From Minisyncoccota bacterium (GTDB taxonomy: Bacteria > Patescibacteriota > Microgenomatia > PFEM01 > JAFGMK01): 64,000 nt of DNA. Shown here piece after piece: positions 39,298 through 48,174 of the stretch. A program made the position numbers and the translations under genes. The stretch's first letter is position 1, and every line of letters begins with the position of its first letter. The stretch lies in assembly GCA_016927565.1 (NCBI GenBank), contig JAFGMK010000015.1, forward strand, positions 1,149 through 65,148, read 5' to 3'. The notes below the pieces were generated by a model. The model ran no database searches and was not told the origin of the DNA. It was given only the letters and a program-made list of their open reading frames with translations.

Positions 39298-39314
39298 TAA
39301 CCGGCTTTTATGAC

Positions 39315-40346
39315 ATGGTGCTTTATCTTGGGCTCTTAATTTTTTCCTTTATTATTACTTCGGTTTTAATTATTCCTTTTATCAATCTTCTTTATCGGCT
39401 TAAGTTTTTGAGAAGGAAACAGAAAACTAGGGATTTTCTGGGCCAAAGAACAAGAATTTTTGACCATTTCCACAGTAAGAAAGCGGGCACTCCGGTGGGA
39501 GGAGGATTGCTCATCATTATTGTTGTAAGCCTTCTCTATGCGATTCTCTTTCCGACAATCAGTTATTTGGGAGTTTATATCAGTGCTTCTCATCCTTTGG
39601 GAGATGAGCTTAATGTGATCTTTTTTACCTTTCTCTTTTTTGGTCTTTTGGGCCTTTATGATGATTTTAAGAAGTTTTTCGGATTTGAAAAAAAAGGTTT
39701 TTTTGGCCTTCGTTTGCGGGAAAAATTCCTGATCCAATGGATTCTGGCTTTGGTGATTGCTTTTTTGTTGCGTTTTAATCTGGGAATCGATTTTGTTCAT
39801 ATTCCTTTTTTAGGTCAAGTTCAGCTTGGTTTTTGGTATATTCCTTTTAGCGCTTTTATTATCGTTGCCTTTGCCAATGCCTATAACATCACTGACGGTC
39901 TGGACGGTCTTTCAACCGGCCTTTTAATGATTTGTCTTTTTGCCTTCTGGCTTTTGTCATCTGCTGTCCTGGATACGGCTCTTTCGGCTTTTATTGCTCT
40001 TTGGTTGGGCGGGATAATTGCTTTTTTGTATTTTAATGTTTATCCGGCCCGGATTTGGCTGGGCGATGTTGGCGCCCTTTCTTTCGGAGCCACTTTGGCG
40101 GTGGTCGGTTTATTAATTGGCAAGATTGCCGCTCTGGGTGTTATCGGCGGATTTTACTTACTTGAAGGAATGACCAGTTTACTTCAAATTCTGGCTAAGA
40201 AAATTTTTAAAAAGAGAATTTTTACCGTTGCTCCCTTCCATTTATGGCTTCAGAATCGAGGCTGGGAAGAGTCTAAAATTGTGGCCCGGGCATGGTTAGC
40301 GGGATTAATGCTGGCGATTTTTGGCCTTTGGCTGGCAATGATTTAA
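39315..40346 (+). CDS. mraY: Phospho-MurNAc-pentapeptide transferase
   Basis: KAGTPVGGG, GLYDD, NITDGLDGL, GDVGAL, APFH. Confidence 0.95.
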   Translation: MVLYLGLLIFSFIITSVLIIPFINLLYRLKFLRRKQKTRDFLGQRTRIFDHFHSKKAGTPVGGGLLIIIVVSLLYAILFPTISYLGVYISASHPLGDELNVIFFTFLFFGLLGLYDDFKKFFGFEKKGFFGLRLREKFLIQWILALVIAFLLRFNLGIDFVHIPFLGQVQLGFWYIPFSAFIIVAFANAYNITDGLDGLSTGLLMICLFAFWLLSSAVLDTALSAFIALWLGGIIAFLYFNVYPARIWLGDVGALSFGATLAVVGLLIGKIAALGVIGGFYLLEGMTSLLQILAKKIFKKRIFTVAPFHLWLQNRGWEESKIVARAWLAGLMLAIFGLWLAMI

Positions 40347-40424
40347 ATCAGAAAACCCGCAATTGTTCCCGGAATGCCCGTTACTTCCGGTCCGGAATTG
40401 AAAGTTAATGATAAAAAAAATACG

Positions 40425-41816
40425 ATGGACTTTAAAGATAAAAAAATCGCTATTTTGGGGTTGGGAATTGAAGGTCTGAGTCTGATCCGCTTTTTTACCC
40501 CGAAAAAGGCTTTGTTAACTGTTTTTGATATTAAAACCCCGGCTGAATTAGGGTCAATTTATGCTGATCTTAAAAAACAGAATCTCAAAATCTCCTGGGG
40601 TAAAAACTATCTTAAAAATGGTCTTTTAGACTTTGATTTTATTTTCCGCTCGCCGGGCGTTAAGCTTTCTCTGCCGGCTGTAGTACAGGCCCGCAGGGCA
40701 GGAATTCCTGTCTCCAGCGCGACCAGGATTTTTTTTAAAGAATGCCCGGGAAAAATCATTGGCGTTACCGGAACTAAGGGCAAAGGAACCACGGCCACCC
40801 TTATTTATGAAATTTTAAAAAAATCAGGGAAGCAGGTTTTTCTTGTCGGCAATATCGGCCGGCCGGCTTTAGATGTTTTGCCTCGGCTCAATTCTTCTTC
40901 CTGGATTGTTTATGAGCTTTCCAGTTTTCAGCTTCAGGATTTAAACCGGAGTCCCCAGATTGCTGTAGTTTTATTTGTGACTGCCGATCATCTTGATTAT
41001 CATCAAACAGTAGGAGAATATGTTGAAGCGAAGAAGAAAGTTGTTTTTTTCCAGTCTGCAAAGGACTGGGCAGTTTTAAATGCTGATAATTCGACTTCGG
41101 CTGGTTTCTCTTCCCTGACCAAGGCCCGGATTTGTTATTTCAGTCGCCGAAAGAAAGTAAAGAACGGGGCTTATGTCCGGCGGAACCGGCAATTGATCCT
41201 TTCTCGGGACGGCAGAGAGTCAGTTCTTGGCCAGGTTAGCAATCTCAAACTTTTGGGCCGGCACAATTGGGAAAATGTGGCCGCGGCGGCCGCGGCGGCC
41301 CGTCTCGCCGGGGCGAGTCTGCCGGCGATAAAGCGGATTATTTTTTCTTTTACCGGCCTGGAGCATCGTCTCGAATTAGTAGCGAAAATTAGGGGAGTTA
41401 AATTTTATAATGATTCTTTTTCGACCACTCCGGAAACAGCCGCGGCTGCTATCCGGGCATTTTCTCAACCGGTGATTTTAATTGCCGGCGGTTCGGAAAA
41501 AGGAGCTGATTTTACTGATTTGGGGCGGACAATTGCCGGTTCTTCAGTAAAAACCCTGGTTTTAATTGGCCGGATGAGTCATCGGATTGAAAAAGCGGCT
41601 TTGAAGGCCGGTTTTGCGGGTCATGTAGTGGCAGGTTTAAGTTCAATGAAGGCTGTTCTTGAAAAGGTTTGGGAAATTGTCCTTCGGGGAGAGGTGGTTT
41701 TACTTTCGCCGGCCTGCGCCTCTTTTGATATGTTTTTAAACTATAAAGATCGCGGCTGCCAGTTTAAAGCTGAAGTTTCGAATTTGAGGCGTTTCAAAAA
41801 AAAGGGGAAAGACTAA
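40425..41816 (+). CDS. murD: UDP-MurNAc-L-Ala--D-Glu ligase
   Basis: GVTGTKGKGTT, ELSSFQL, DHLDYH, LSPACASFD; ATG at 40425 preferred. Confidence 0.96.
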   Translation: MDFKDKKIAILGLGIEGLSLIRFFTPKKALLTVFDIKTPAELGSIYADLKKQNLKISWGKNYLKNGLLDFDFIFRSPGVKLSLPAVVQARRAGIPVSSATRIFFKECPGKIIGVTGTKGKGTTATLIYEILKKSGKQVFLVGNIGRPALDVLPRLNSSSWIVYELSSFQLQDLNRSPQIAVVLFVTADHLDYHQTVGEYVEAKKKVVFFQSAKDWAVLNADNSTSAGFSSLTKARICYFSRRKKVKNGAYVRRNRQLILSRDGRESVLGQVSNLKLLGRHNWENVAAAAAAARLAGASLPAIKRIIFSFTGLEHRLELVAKIRGVKFYNDSFSTTPETAAAAIRAFSQPVILIAGGSEKGADFTDLGRTIAGSSVKTLVLIGRMSHRIEKAALKAGFAGHVVAGLSSMKAVLEKVWEIVLRGEVVLLSPACASFDMFLNYKDRGCQFKAEVSNLRRFKKKGKD

Positions 41817-42929
41817 ATGAAGCGAGGCAGAAAAAAGACACGGAAGTATAATTTGAAACCGGCTTGTCATGCTCCTGATTGGTGGCTGGTGGGATTAGTT
41901 TTGCTATTGAGCGTCTTTGGCCTGATAATTGTGGCTAATGCCTCAGCGGTGGCGGCCTTTCGTGATTTTGGCAATAAACTTCATTATTTCCGGCTTCAGT
42001 TCCAATGGCTGATTTTAGGTTTGACGGCTTTTGCCGCTGCTTGTTTTTTTCCCTACCAAAAATGGCGGAAACTAGTGCCTCTTTTACTTTTTTTAACTTT
42101 TCTGAGTTTGGTTCTGGTTGTTTTGCCGAAATTCGGCTTTCGGCGTTTTGGAGCCCGACGCTGGCTTAATTTAGGCGGTTTCAGTTTTCAGCCGGCCGAG
42201 TTAACTAAGCTGAGTTTCATTACCTATCTGGCGGCTTATCTGACCAAAAAGGAACAAGTTTGGCCCTTATTGCTGGTTTCCGGGTTGATCCTTTTTTTAG
42301 TCATGCTTCAGCCGGACTTGGGAACGACTTTAATTATTTTGGCGATTGGTTTTGTTGTTTATTTTGTGGGCGGGATGCCCTGGTGGCAAATGCTTGTTCT
42401 GGGATTGGGAGCCTCTCTGGGCAGTTTTTTGCTGATAGTCTTTTCTCCCTACCGGAGGGAGCGGTGGCTGACTTTTTTAGATCCCCAACGAGATCCTCTT
42501 GGAGCTTCTTATCATATCAGGCAGGTTTTGATTGCGCTGGGATCGGGTGGTCTTTTTGGAGTGGGGCTGGGTCAGTCAAGACAAAAATATGAATATCTGC
42601 CGGCGGTAAGTACTGATTCTATTTTCGCAGTAGTGGCTGAAGAATTGGGTTTTGCCGGAGCGGCTGCTCTTGTCCTTGTTTTTGCTTTTTTGATCTGGCG
42701 GGGAATTCGGGTAGCTCAGCTGGCTCCGGATCATTTTGCTCAATTGCTGGCGGTAGGAGTGACAGCCTGGGTTGCTCTCCAAACTTTTATTAATTTGGCG
42801 GCAATGGTAGCTTTGGCACCTTTGACCGGAACGCCGCTGCCTTTTATTTCTTACGGCGGCTCGTCATTGCTTTTAATTCTGCTGGGAATGGGCATCCTGG
42901 TTAATATCTCCCGGCAAACCCTTTCTTAA
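41817..42929 (+). CDS. ftsW: SEDS protein FtsW
   Basis: GARRW, FQPAELTK, QPDLGT, TDSIFA, LPFISYGGSS. Confidence 0.93.
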   Translation: MKRGRKKTRKYNLKPACHAPDWWLVGLVLLLSVFGLIIVANASAVAAFRDFGNKLHYFRLQFQWLILGLTAFAAACFFPYQKWRKLVPLLLFLTFLSLVLVVLPKFGFRRFGARRWLNLGGFSFQPAELTKLSFITYLAAYLTKKEQVWPLLLVSGLILFLVMLQPDLGTTLIILAIGFVVYFVGGMPWWQMLVLGLGASLGSFLLIVFSPYRRERWLTFLDPQRDPLGASYHIRQVLIALGSGGLFGVGLGQSRQKYEYLPAVSTDSIFAVVAEELGFAGAAALVLVFAFLIWRGIRVAQLAPDHFAQLLAVGVTAWVALQTFINLAAMVALAPLTGTPLPFISYGGSSLLLILLGMGILVNISRQTLS

Positions 42930-42932
42930 AAA

Positions 42933-44030
42933 ATGAGCGGAAAAAAAGTTGTTATTACCGGCGGCCATCATAATTGTGCTTTAGTAGTGGCGGAGAAACT
43001 GCGCCGGCGGGGCTGGCAGGTTTTCTGGTTTGGTCACAAATTCACGATGCTGAAAGATCAGCGCTTGAGCGCTGAATATCAGGAGGTTAAGAAGGCGGGC
43101 TTTGATTTTTATGAGATCAAGGCCGGCAAGATCAGCCGGAATGACCGGTTAAGCTATCTTTTTCGTTTGCCTCAGGGGTTTGTTCAGTCTGCCGACCGGC
43201 TTCTCAAAATAAAACCTGATTTGATTATTTCCTTTGGCGGTTATCTGGCAGTGCCGGTGGTGGTGACAGGCTGGTTCTTGAGGATTCCTTCAATTACCCA
43301 TGAACAAACGGCAGTTTATGGTTGGGCTAATTGCCTGATTGGCCGATTGGCTCAAAAAATCCTTGTTTCCTGGTCCAGTTCTCTGAAACATTTTCCGGCC
43401 AAAAAGGTAGTTTTCACCGGCCTTCCTCTCCGTAAAGAAATTTTTTTAAAAGGAAGAAAAATATCGTTTAACAATAAAAAACCGACTATTTACATTACCG
43501 GCGGTAAGCAGGGATCTCATTTGCTAAATCAGGCTGTCGGTTCTTCTCTTAAAGCACTTTTATTGAGTTATAATCTGATTCATCAATGTGGCAGCAATAG
43601 CATTTTCAATGATCGGCTTTGGCTTGAAAGATTAGCTCGGCATTTGCCTTCCGGGCTTAGGAAAAATTATCTGGTCAGGGACTATTTTTACCGAGACCAA
43701 ATCGGTCCGGTTTTTGCTTCAGCTGATTTAATAGTCAGCCGGGCCGGAGCCCATACTGTTTATGAGATCGCTGCTTTGGGGAAGCCGGCACTTTTGATTC
43801 CCATTCCCTGGAGCCATGCCCGGGAACAACAAAAAAACGCTCAAAGACTAGAAAAAATTGGACTGGCCGAAATTTTGCCTCAGGACCGGCTCAGTCCTAA
43901 GAGTTTGATTGAAGCTCTTGCCGGAATGGCGGCTGATCTTGATTTTTACCGGCAGAATGCCCCCAAAGCCCTAAATCTGATTTCGCTTGATGCGGCGGAA
44001 AAAATTGTTGATCTGGTCGAGAAATTATGA
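42933..44030 (+). CDS. murG: Lipid II GlcNAc transferase MurG
   Basis: TGGHH, GGYLAVP, HEQT, GGKQGS, SRAGA, EQQKNA. Confidence 0.94.
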   Translation: MSGKKVVITGGHHNCALVVAEKLRRRGWQVFWFGHKFTMLKDQRLSAEYQEVKKAGFDFYEIKAGKISRNDRLSYLFRLPQGFVQSADRLLKIKPDLIISFGGYLAVPVVVTGWFLRIPSITHEQTAVYGWANCLIGRLAQKILVSWSSSLKHFPAKKVVFTGLPLRKEIFLKGRKISFNNKKPTIYITGGKQGSHLLNQAVGSSLKALLLSYNLIHQCGSNSIFNDRLWLERLARHLPSGLRKNYLVRDYFYRDQIGPVFASADLIVSRAGAHTVYEIAALGKPALLIPIPWSHAREQQKNAQRLEKIGLAEILPQDRLSPKSLIEALAGMAADLDFYRQNAPKALNLISLDAAEKIVDLVEKL

Positions 44031-44824
44031 GAGGGCCGGTTTTGTTTTTAAAAACATTACTAATTTTGGGGGCGCTTCTTTTGTTTCTGGTTCTTTTGCT
44101 CAAATGGGGCCGGACTGATCTTTTCCGGGTGAAAGAAGTAGTTTGTTTTAATGGCGGCGGTCGGTGTTCTCCGGTTGTTTGGGCGGGTATTTTTAACTTA
44201 GCATCCCAAAAGCCACTTTTTTTGCTTTCTCCAAGTCGTTTGGAACAGGAGATTGTTCAGGCTTTTCCTCAGTTTGAAAAAGCAAAAATTGCGGTTTTTT
44301 CTTTGCGGAGAATTGAAGTAAAGCTGGATGAGCGTTCGTCTCTGGCGGAAATTTTTTTTGTTCCGGAAGATGGTTCTTTTCTTGAAACTGATCCTGAATC
44401 AATCAATCAGAAATTTCAGCAGCTCAGATCTACAGTAATGAGTTCCTGGTTGGTAGCCAGGGGAGGGATTATTCTAAGAGAAGGGTCTGAGGAAAAAGAT
44501 TTGCCCCGATTATTTTTGGCAACTAAAGAAACTTTGGCTGTTTCAAGAGGAATGAAATTGGCTGATTATTCCTTTGGGGCCGTTTTTGAAGCTCTTGAGG
44601 AATTGGAAAAAAGGGGGATTGTTGTCTGCGAAGGGTTGATTGAGGAAAAAGACAATCTGGCCTTGTTTCTTTTGGCCGACAATCAGGTGTTTCTTTCTCT
44701 TGGGAAAGATCCTGTTTTGCAGGTTGACTCTTTACAAGCAATTTTTAAGCAGGCTAAAATAGAAGGCAAACGGCTCCGGATAGTGGATTTGAGATTTAAT
44801 AAGCCGGTGGTCAGTTTTTTTTAA
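44027..44824 (+). CDS. ftsQ: FtsQ/DivIB-like protein
   Basis: TM plus POTRA-like region; C-terminal VDLRFNKPVV; between murG and ftsA. Confidence 0.75.
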   Translation: MRGPVLFLKTLLILGALLLFLVLLLKWGRTDLFRVKEVVCFNGGGRCSPVVWAGIFNLASQKPLFLLSPSRLEQEIVQAFPQFEKAKIAVFSLRRIEVKLDERSSLAEIFFVPEDGSFLETDPESINQKFQQLRSTVMSSWLVARGGIILREGSEEKDLPRLFLATKETLAVSRGMKLADYSFGAVFEALEELEKRGIVVCEGLIEEKDNLALFLLADNQVFLSLGKDPVLQVDSLQAIFKQAKIEGKRLRIVDLRFNKPVVSFF

Positions 44825-44826
44825 AA

Positions 44827-46161
44827 ATGTCCAAAGCTAAGATTATTGCCGGAGTTGATGTCGGTTCTTCAAAGGTGGCGACTACTATTGCTTCTGAAGG
44901 TGAGGGAGAAAAGACGATTCGGGTTCTTGGTTCAGCCTCAATTCCTTCCCGGGGAATCAGAAAGGGTCAAATTGTTAACATTGAAGAGGCTTCGGATGTT
45001 ATTATCGAATCGGTCGAGGCGGCGGAAAGAATGGCCGGGTATAGCTTGGGCCATGTTTTCGTTTCAGTTGGTGGCCAGCAAGTGGCTTCTCAGAATTCTA
45101 AAGGAGTAGTTGCTGTAGCTGAGCCGGAAAATGAGATCAATCAGGAGGATGTCCGTCGGGTGACTGAGGCGGCTAAGGCGGTTTCATTACCTTCTTCAAG
45201 GGAAATTGTTAATGTTTTGACCCGAAGTTATTCGGTTGACGGCCAGGGAGGAATTGCTGACCCGGTAGGAATGTCAGGGGTTCGTTTGGAGGTTGAGGCT
45301 CACATTGTCACCGGAGCGACAACGGCGATTAGAAATTTGACAAAGTGCGTTTCTGAAATCGGAGCGGATATTGCCGGTTTGGTAATAACCGGAGTTGCTT
45401 CGGCTGAGGCAGTCTTAACGGAGACTGAGAAGGAGTTGGGGGTAATCTTGATCGATTTGGGTGGGGGAACTACCAGCATGGTGGTTTTCCTTGAGGGGTC
45501 GCCGGCCTACACTTCAATTTTACCGGTTGGAGCGCGAAATGTTACCAATGATTTGGCTATTGGGCTTCGCTTGCCGCTTGATGCGGCGGAAAAGGTTAAA
45601 GTGTATTTGAGTAAAAATCAAAACAGGCCGAAAACAGAAGAACTGGAAAAGAAAAAAAAATCCAAAAGAAGTAAAGATAAACTTCCGATTGTTCCGAAAA
45701 AAGAATGGGAAGATGAGTTCGACTTGGCAATGATTGGCGCGGCGGAAGATTCAAAAAAAGTTTCCCGGCGGACTCTGGTTGAGGGAATTATCCGGCCGAG
45801 GTTGAATGAAATTTTTAATTTGGTAGGGATGGAGCTTAAGAAAAGCGGCTTGGGGGGGATGACTCCTTCCGGAGTGGTTCTTTGCGGCGGAGGAGCTAAG
45901 ACAGTCGGAGTTGTTGATTCAGCCAGAAGAACTCTTTCTTTGCCGGTTAGAGTCGGCTTGCCTCAGGATGTTACCGGCTTGGTTGATGATGTTTTGACGC
46001 CGGAATTTGCCGCTTCGGTTGGTTTGGTTAAATACGCTTTTAAAAAAGGATTTAAAACTAATAAGAGATTTTCTAATCTGGTTGGTCAGACTTTGGCCAA
46101 ATTTAAAGTTCGGGGTCTTGCTGAAAGGGCTTTTGATCTGGTAAAATCGGTTTTACCGTAA
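44827..46161 (+). CDS. ftsA: Cell division protein FtsA
   Basis: GVDVGSSKV, IDLGGGTT, VLCGGGA. Confidence 0.96.
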   Translation: MSKAKIIAGVDVGSSKVATTIASEGEGEKTIRVLGSASIPSRGIRKGQIVNIEEASDVIIESVEAAERMAGYSLGHVFVSVGGQQVASQNSKGVVAVAEPENEINQEDVRRVTEAAKAVSLPSSREIVNVLTRSYSVDGQGGIADPVGMSGVRLEVEAHIVTGATTAIRNLTKCVSEIGADIAGLVITGVASAEAVLTETEKELGVILIDLGGGTTSMVVFLEGSPAYTSILPVGARNVTNDLAIGLRLPLDAAEKVKVYLSKNQNRPKTEELEKKKKSKRSKDKLPIVPKKEWEDEFDLAMIGAAEDSKKVSRRTLVEGIIRPRLNEIFNLVGMELKKSGLGGMTPSGVVLCGGGAKTVGVVDSARRTLSLPVRVGLPQDVTGLVDDVLTPEFAASVGLVKYAFKKGFKTNKRFSNLVGQTLAKFKVRGLAERAFDLVKSVLP

Positions 46162-46189
46162 AATAGATGATTTTTCTCCTGCCCTGGAT

Positions 46190-46207
46190 AAGCCGAGCGG
46201 TCGGCTT
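46190..46207 (+). terminator. Short stem-loop between ftsA and ftsZ
   Basis: aagccga-gcgg-tcggctt, a 7-bp stem with only a weak U tail. Confidence 0.3.
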
Positions 46208-46242
46208 TGGAAGTTTCGCAGTCTTTATTTTAAACTCAAATT

Positions 46243-47457
46243 ATGGCTCTGGTTAAACCTGACACTGCTCGTTTTGCGAAGATCAAGGTTTTGGGGATTG
46301 GCGGCGGGGGCGGGAATGCAATTGATTCCATGATTGCCGATAATCAAATACAGGGGGTTGATTTTGTGGCAATCAATACTGATGCTCAGGCTCTTTTGGC
46401 CAGCAAGGCGCCGATTAAAGTTCAAATCGGGGAAGATCTGACCCACGGGTTGGGTTCGGGAGCTGATCCTGAAACCGGCCGTCAGGCGGCGGAAGAATCC
46501 CGGGAAAAGATCAAGGAGATTGTATTTGATGCCGATATGGTTTTTCTGACTGCGGGAATGGGAGGGGGAACCGGAACCGGAGGAGCTTCAGTAATTGCCG
46601 ATGTAGCTCGCGAGAACGGGGCTTTAACAGTAGCGGTGGTAACGAAACCTTTTGCTTTCGAAGGAACGAGGCGGATGGTAGTGGCTGAGGACGGCATCGA
46701 AAAACTTAAAGAAAAGGTTGATACTTTAATTGTTATTCCTAATCAGCGATTGTTGGATGTGGTTGATCGAAAAATGACTTTGATTGAGGCTTTTAAGCTG
46801 GCAGACGGCGTTTTAGGCCAGGGGGTGCAGGGAATTTCCGATCTGATTACTGTTCCGGGGCTGATTAATCTCGACTTTGCCGATGTCAAAACAGTAATGA
46901 GCAGTGCTGGTTCGGCGCTTTTGGGAATTGGAACAGGGGTCGGGGACAATCGGGCTCAAACTGCCGCCCGGGCGGCCATTTCTTCACCTTTGCTTGACGT
47001 TTCGATTGAGGGGGCAAAAGGAATTCTTTTTAATGTTGTCGGTGGCCGTGATTTAACCATGAATGAGGTTGATGAGGCGGCTAAAATTATTGCCGGCGCG
47101 GCTGATGCTGATGCGAATATCATTTTCGGAGCAACAATTAATGAAGAGTTGGTTGATCAGCTAAAAATTACGGTTATTGCTACCGGTTTTGACGAAGCCC
47201 AGCTGAAGCTGGCTTCCTTTGTGTCTCAGCCTAATCGGCTCAGCGCTACCGGGATTGTTTCCGAGAAACCGAAAGACAAGGACAAAATAAGAGAACCGGA
47301 AGTGATTAAAACCGCTGATGAAGAAGATGAAGAAGGCCTTAAAGCTTCTTCAGACAAAACTGAAGAAAAAAGCAAATTTGAACCTCCGGAGGGCTTACCG
47401 GCCGAGGAATTTGAAGAGGAGATTGACATCCCTGCCTTTCTGCGGCGCGGTCACTAG
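46243..47457 (+). CDS. ftsZ: Cell division protein FtsZ
   Basis: [23 protein letters not shown]-terminal DIPAFLR. Confidence 0.98.
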   Translation: MALVKPDTARFAKIKVLGIGGGGGNAIDSMIADNQIQGVDFVAINTDAQALLASKAPIKVQIGEDLTHGLGSGADPETGRQAAEESREKIKEIVFDADMVFLTAGMGGGTGTGGASVIADVARENGALTVAVVTKPFAFEGTRRMVVAEDGIEKLKEKVDTLIVIPNQRLLDVVDRKMTLIEAFKLADGVLGQGVQGISDLITVPGLINLDFADVKTVMSSAGSALLGIGTGVGDNRAQTAARAAISSPLLDVSIEGAKGILFNVVGGRDLTMNEVDEAAKIIAGAADADANIIFGATINEELVDQLKITVIATGFDEAQLKLASFVSQPNRLSATGIVSEKPKDKDKIREPEVIKTADEEDEEGLKASSDKTEEKSKFEPPEGLPAEEFEEEIDIPAFLRRGH

Positions 47458-47520
47458 GATTGGCTTTGGTTAAAGACCTGATATTATACTCCCTTATTTT
47501 TCTGAACAGGGTGTGCTAAA

Positions 47521-48105
47521 ATGAAACCAGGAATGGGGAAAGCAAATAAAACACTGCTTCTTGTATCTGCTGTTTTTATTTCTTTTTTACTTATTTTTTT
47601 AATTAAATTTTTTTTTCTTGATAATCCGGCATTTAAGAATTATGAACCGGGAGAAATTATTGTCGGATTCGGAGACAATGCTTCATATTCGGAAATTGTC
47701 GAAGCGATAGAGTCTGAGGATCTGGATTATCGCTTGGGATATCGGAATCTTGAACCCAGTGCCTTTGTTTTAATTTCTCCTGATAATTTGGAAACAATGT
47801 CCGAAAGACTGAAACAAAATAATCTGGTGGCGGCGGTGGCTCTTGCCAATAAAGACATCAAGGATAAAATGGAAGTAAAATTTATCCTCGGCACTACCAA
47901 GGCGGAAGCGGAAGAAGTGATTAATCGGGCGGGCCTGCAAGTAAACAGTTTTTACCGCTTTGCCTTTCTTACGATAAAAGTTCCTCCGGGTAAAGAGCGA
48001 TTTTATATAGATAGATTTAAAAAACTTCCTATTGTTGAGTCTGCCCAATTAAACTACCGGGTGGAAGCAGGCGGCGGCAAAGTCGAGTCTTTGCCCGTGA
48101 TGTAA
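47521..48105 (+). CDS. Membrane-anchored protein with subtilase-propeptide-like domains and no catalytic domain
   Basis: TM helix, then YEPGEIIVGF ... KVPPGKE ... LPIVESAQLNY; start may be 47533. Confidence 0.55.
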   Translation: MKPGMGKANKTLLLVSAVFISFLLIFLIKFFFLDNPAFKNYEPGEIIVGFGDNASYSEIVEAIESEDLDYRLGYRNLEPSAFVLISPDNLETMSERLKQNNLVAAVALANKDIKDKMEVKFILGTTKAEAEEVINRAGLQVNSFYRFAFLTIKVPPGKERFYIDRFKKLPIVESAQLNYRVEAGGGKVESLPVM

Positions 48106-48174
48106 ACAGCAAAAATTCCCTTTTCCTGCTTGAACTCTACAAATCAATCTTTTTTTCTGCTAAAATGGCGCTAT

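Noticed and set aside
41279-41301. GC-rich 9-bp tandem repeat in murD
   Set aside because: Encodes a poly-Ala run within a normal MurD helix
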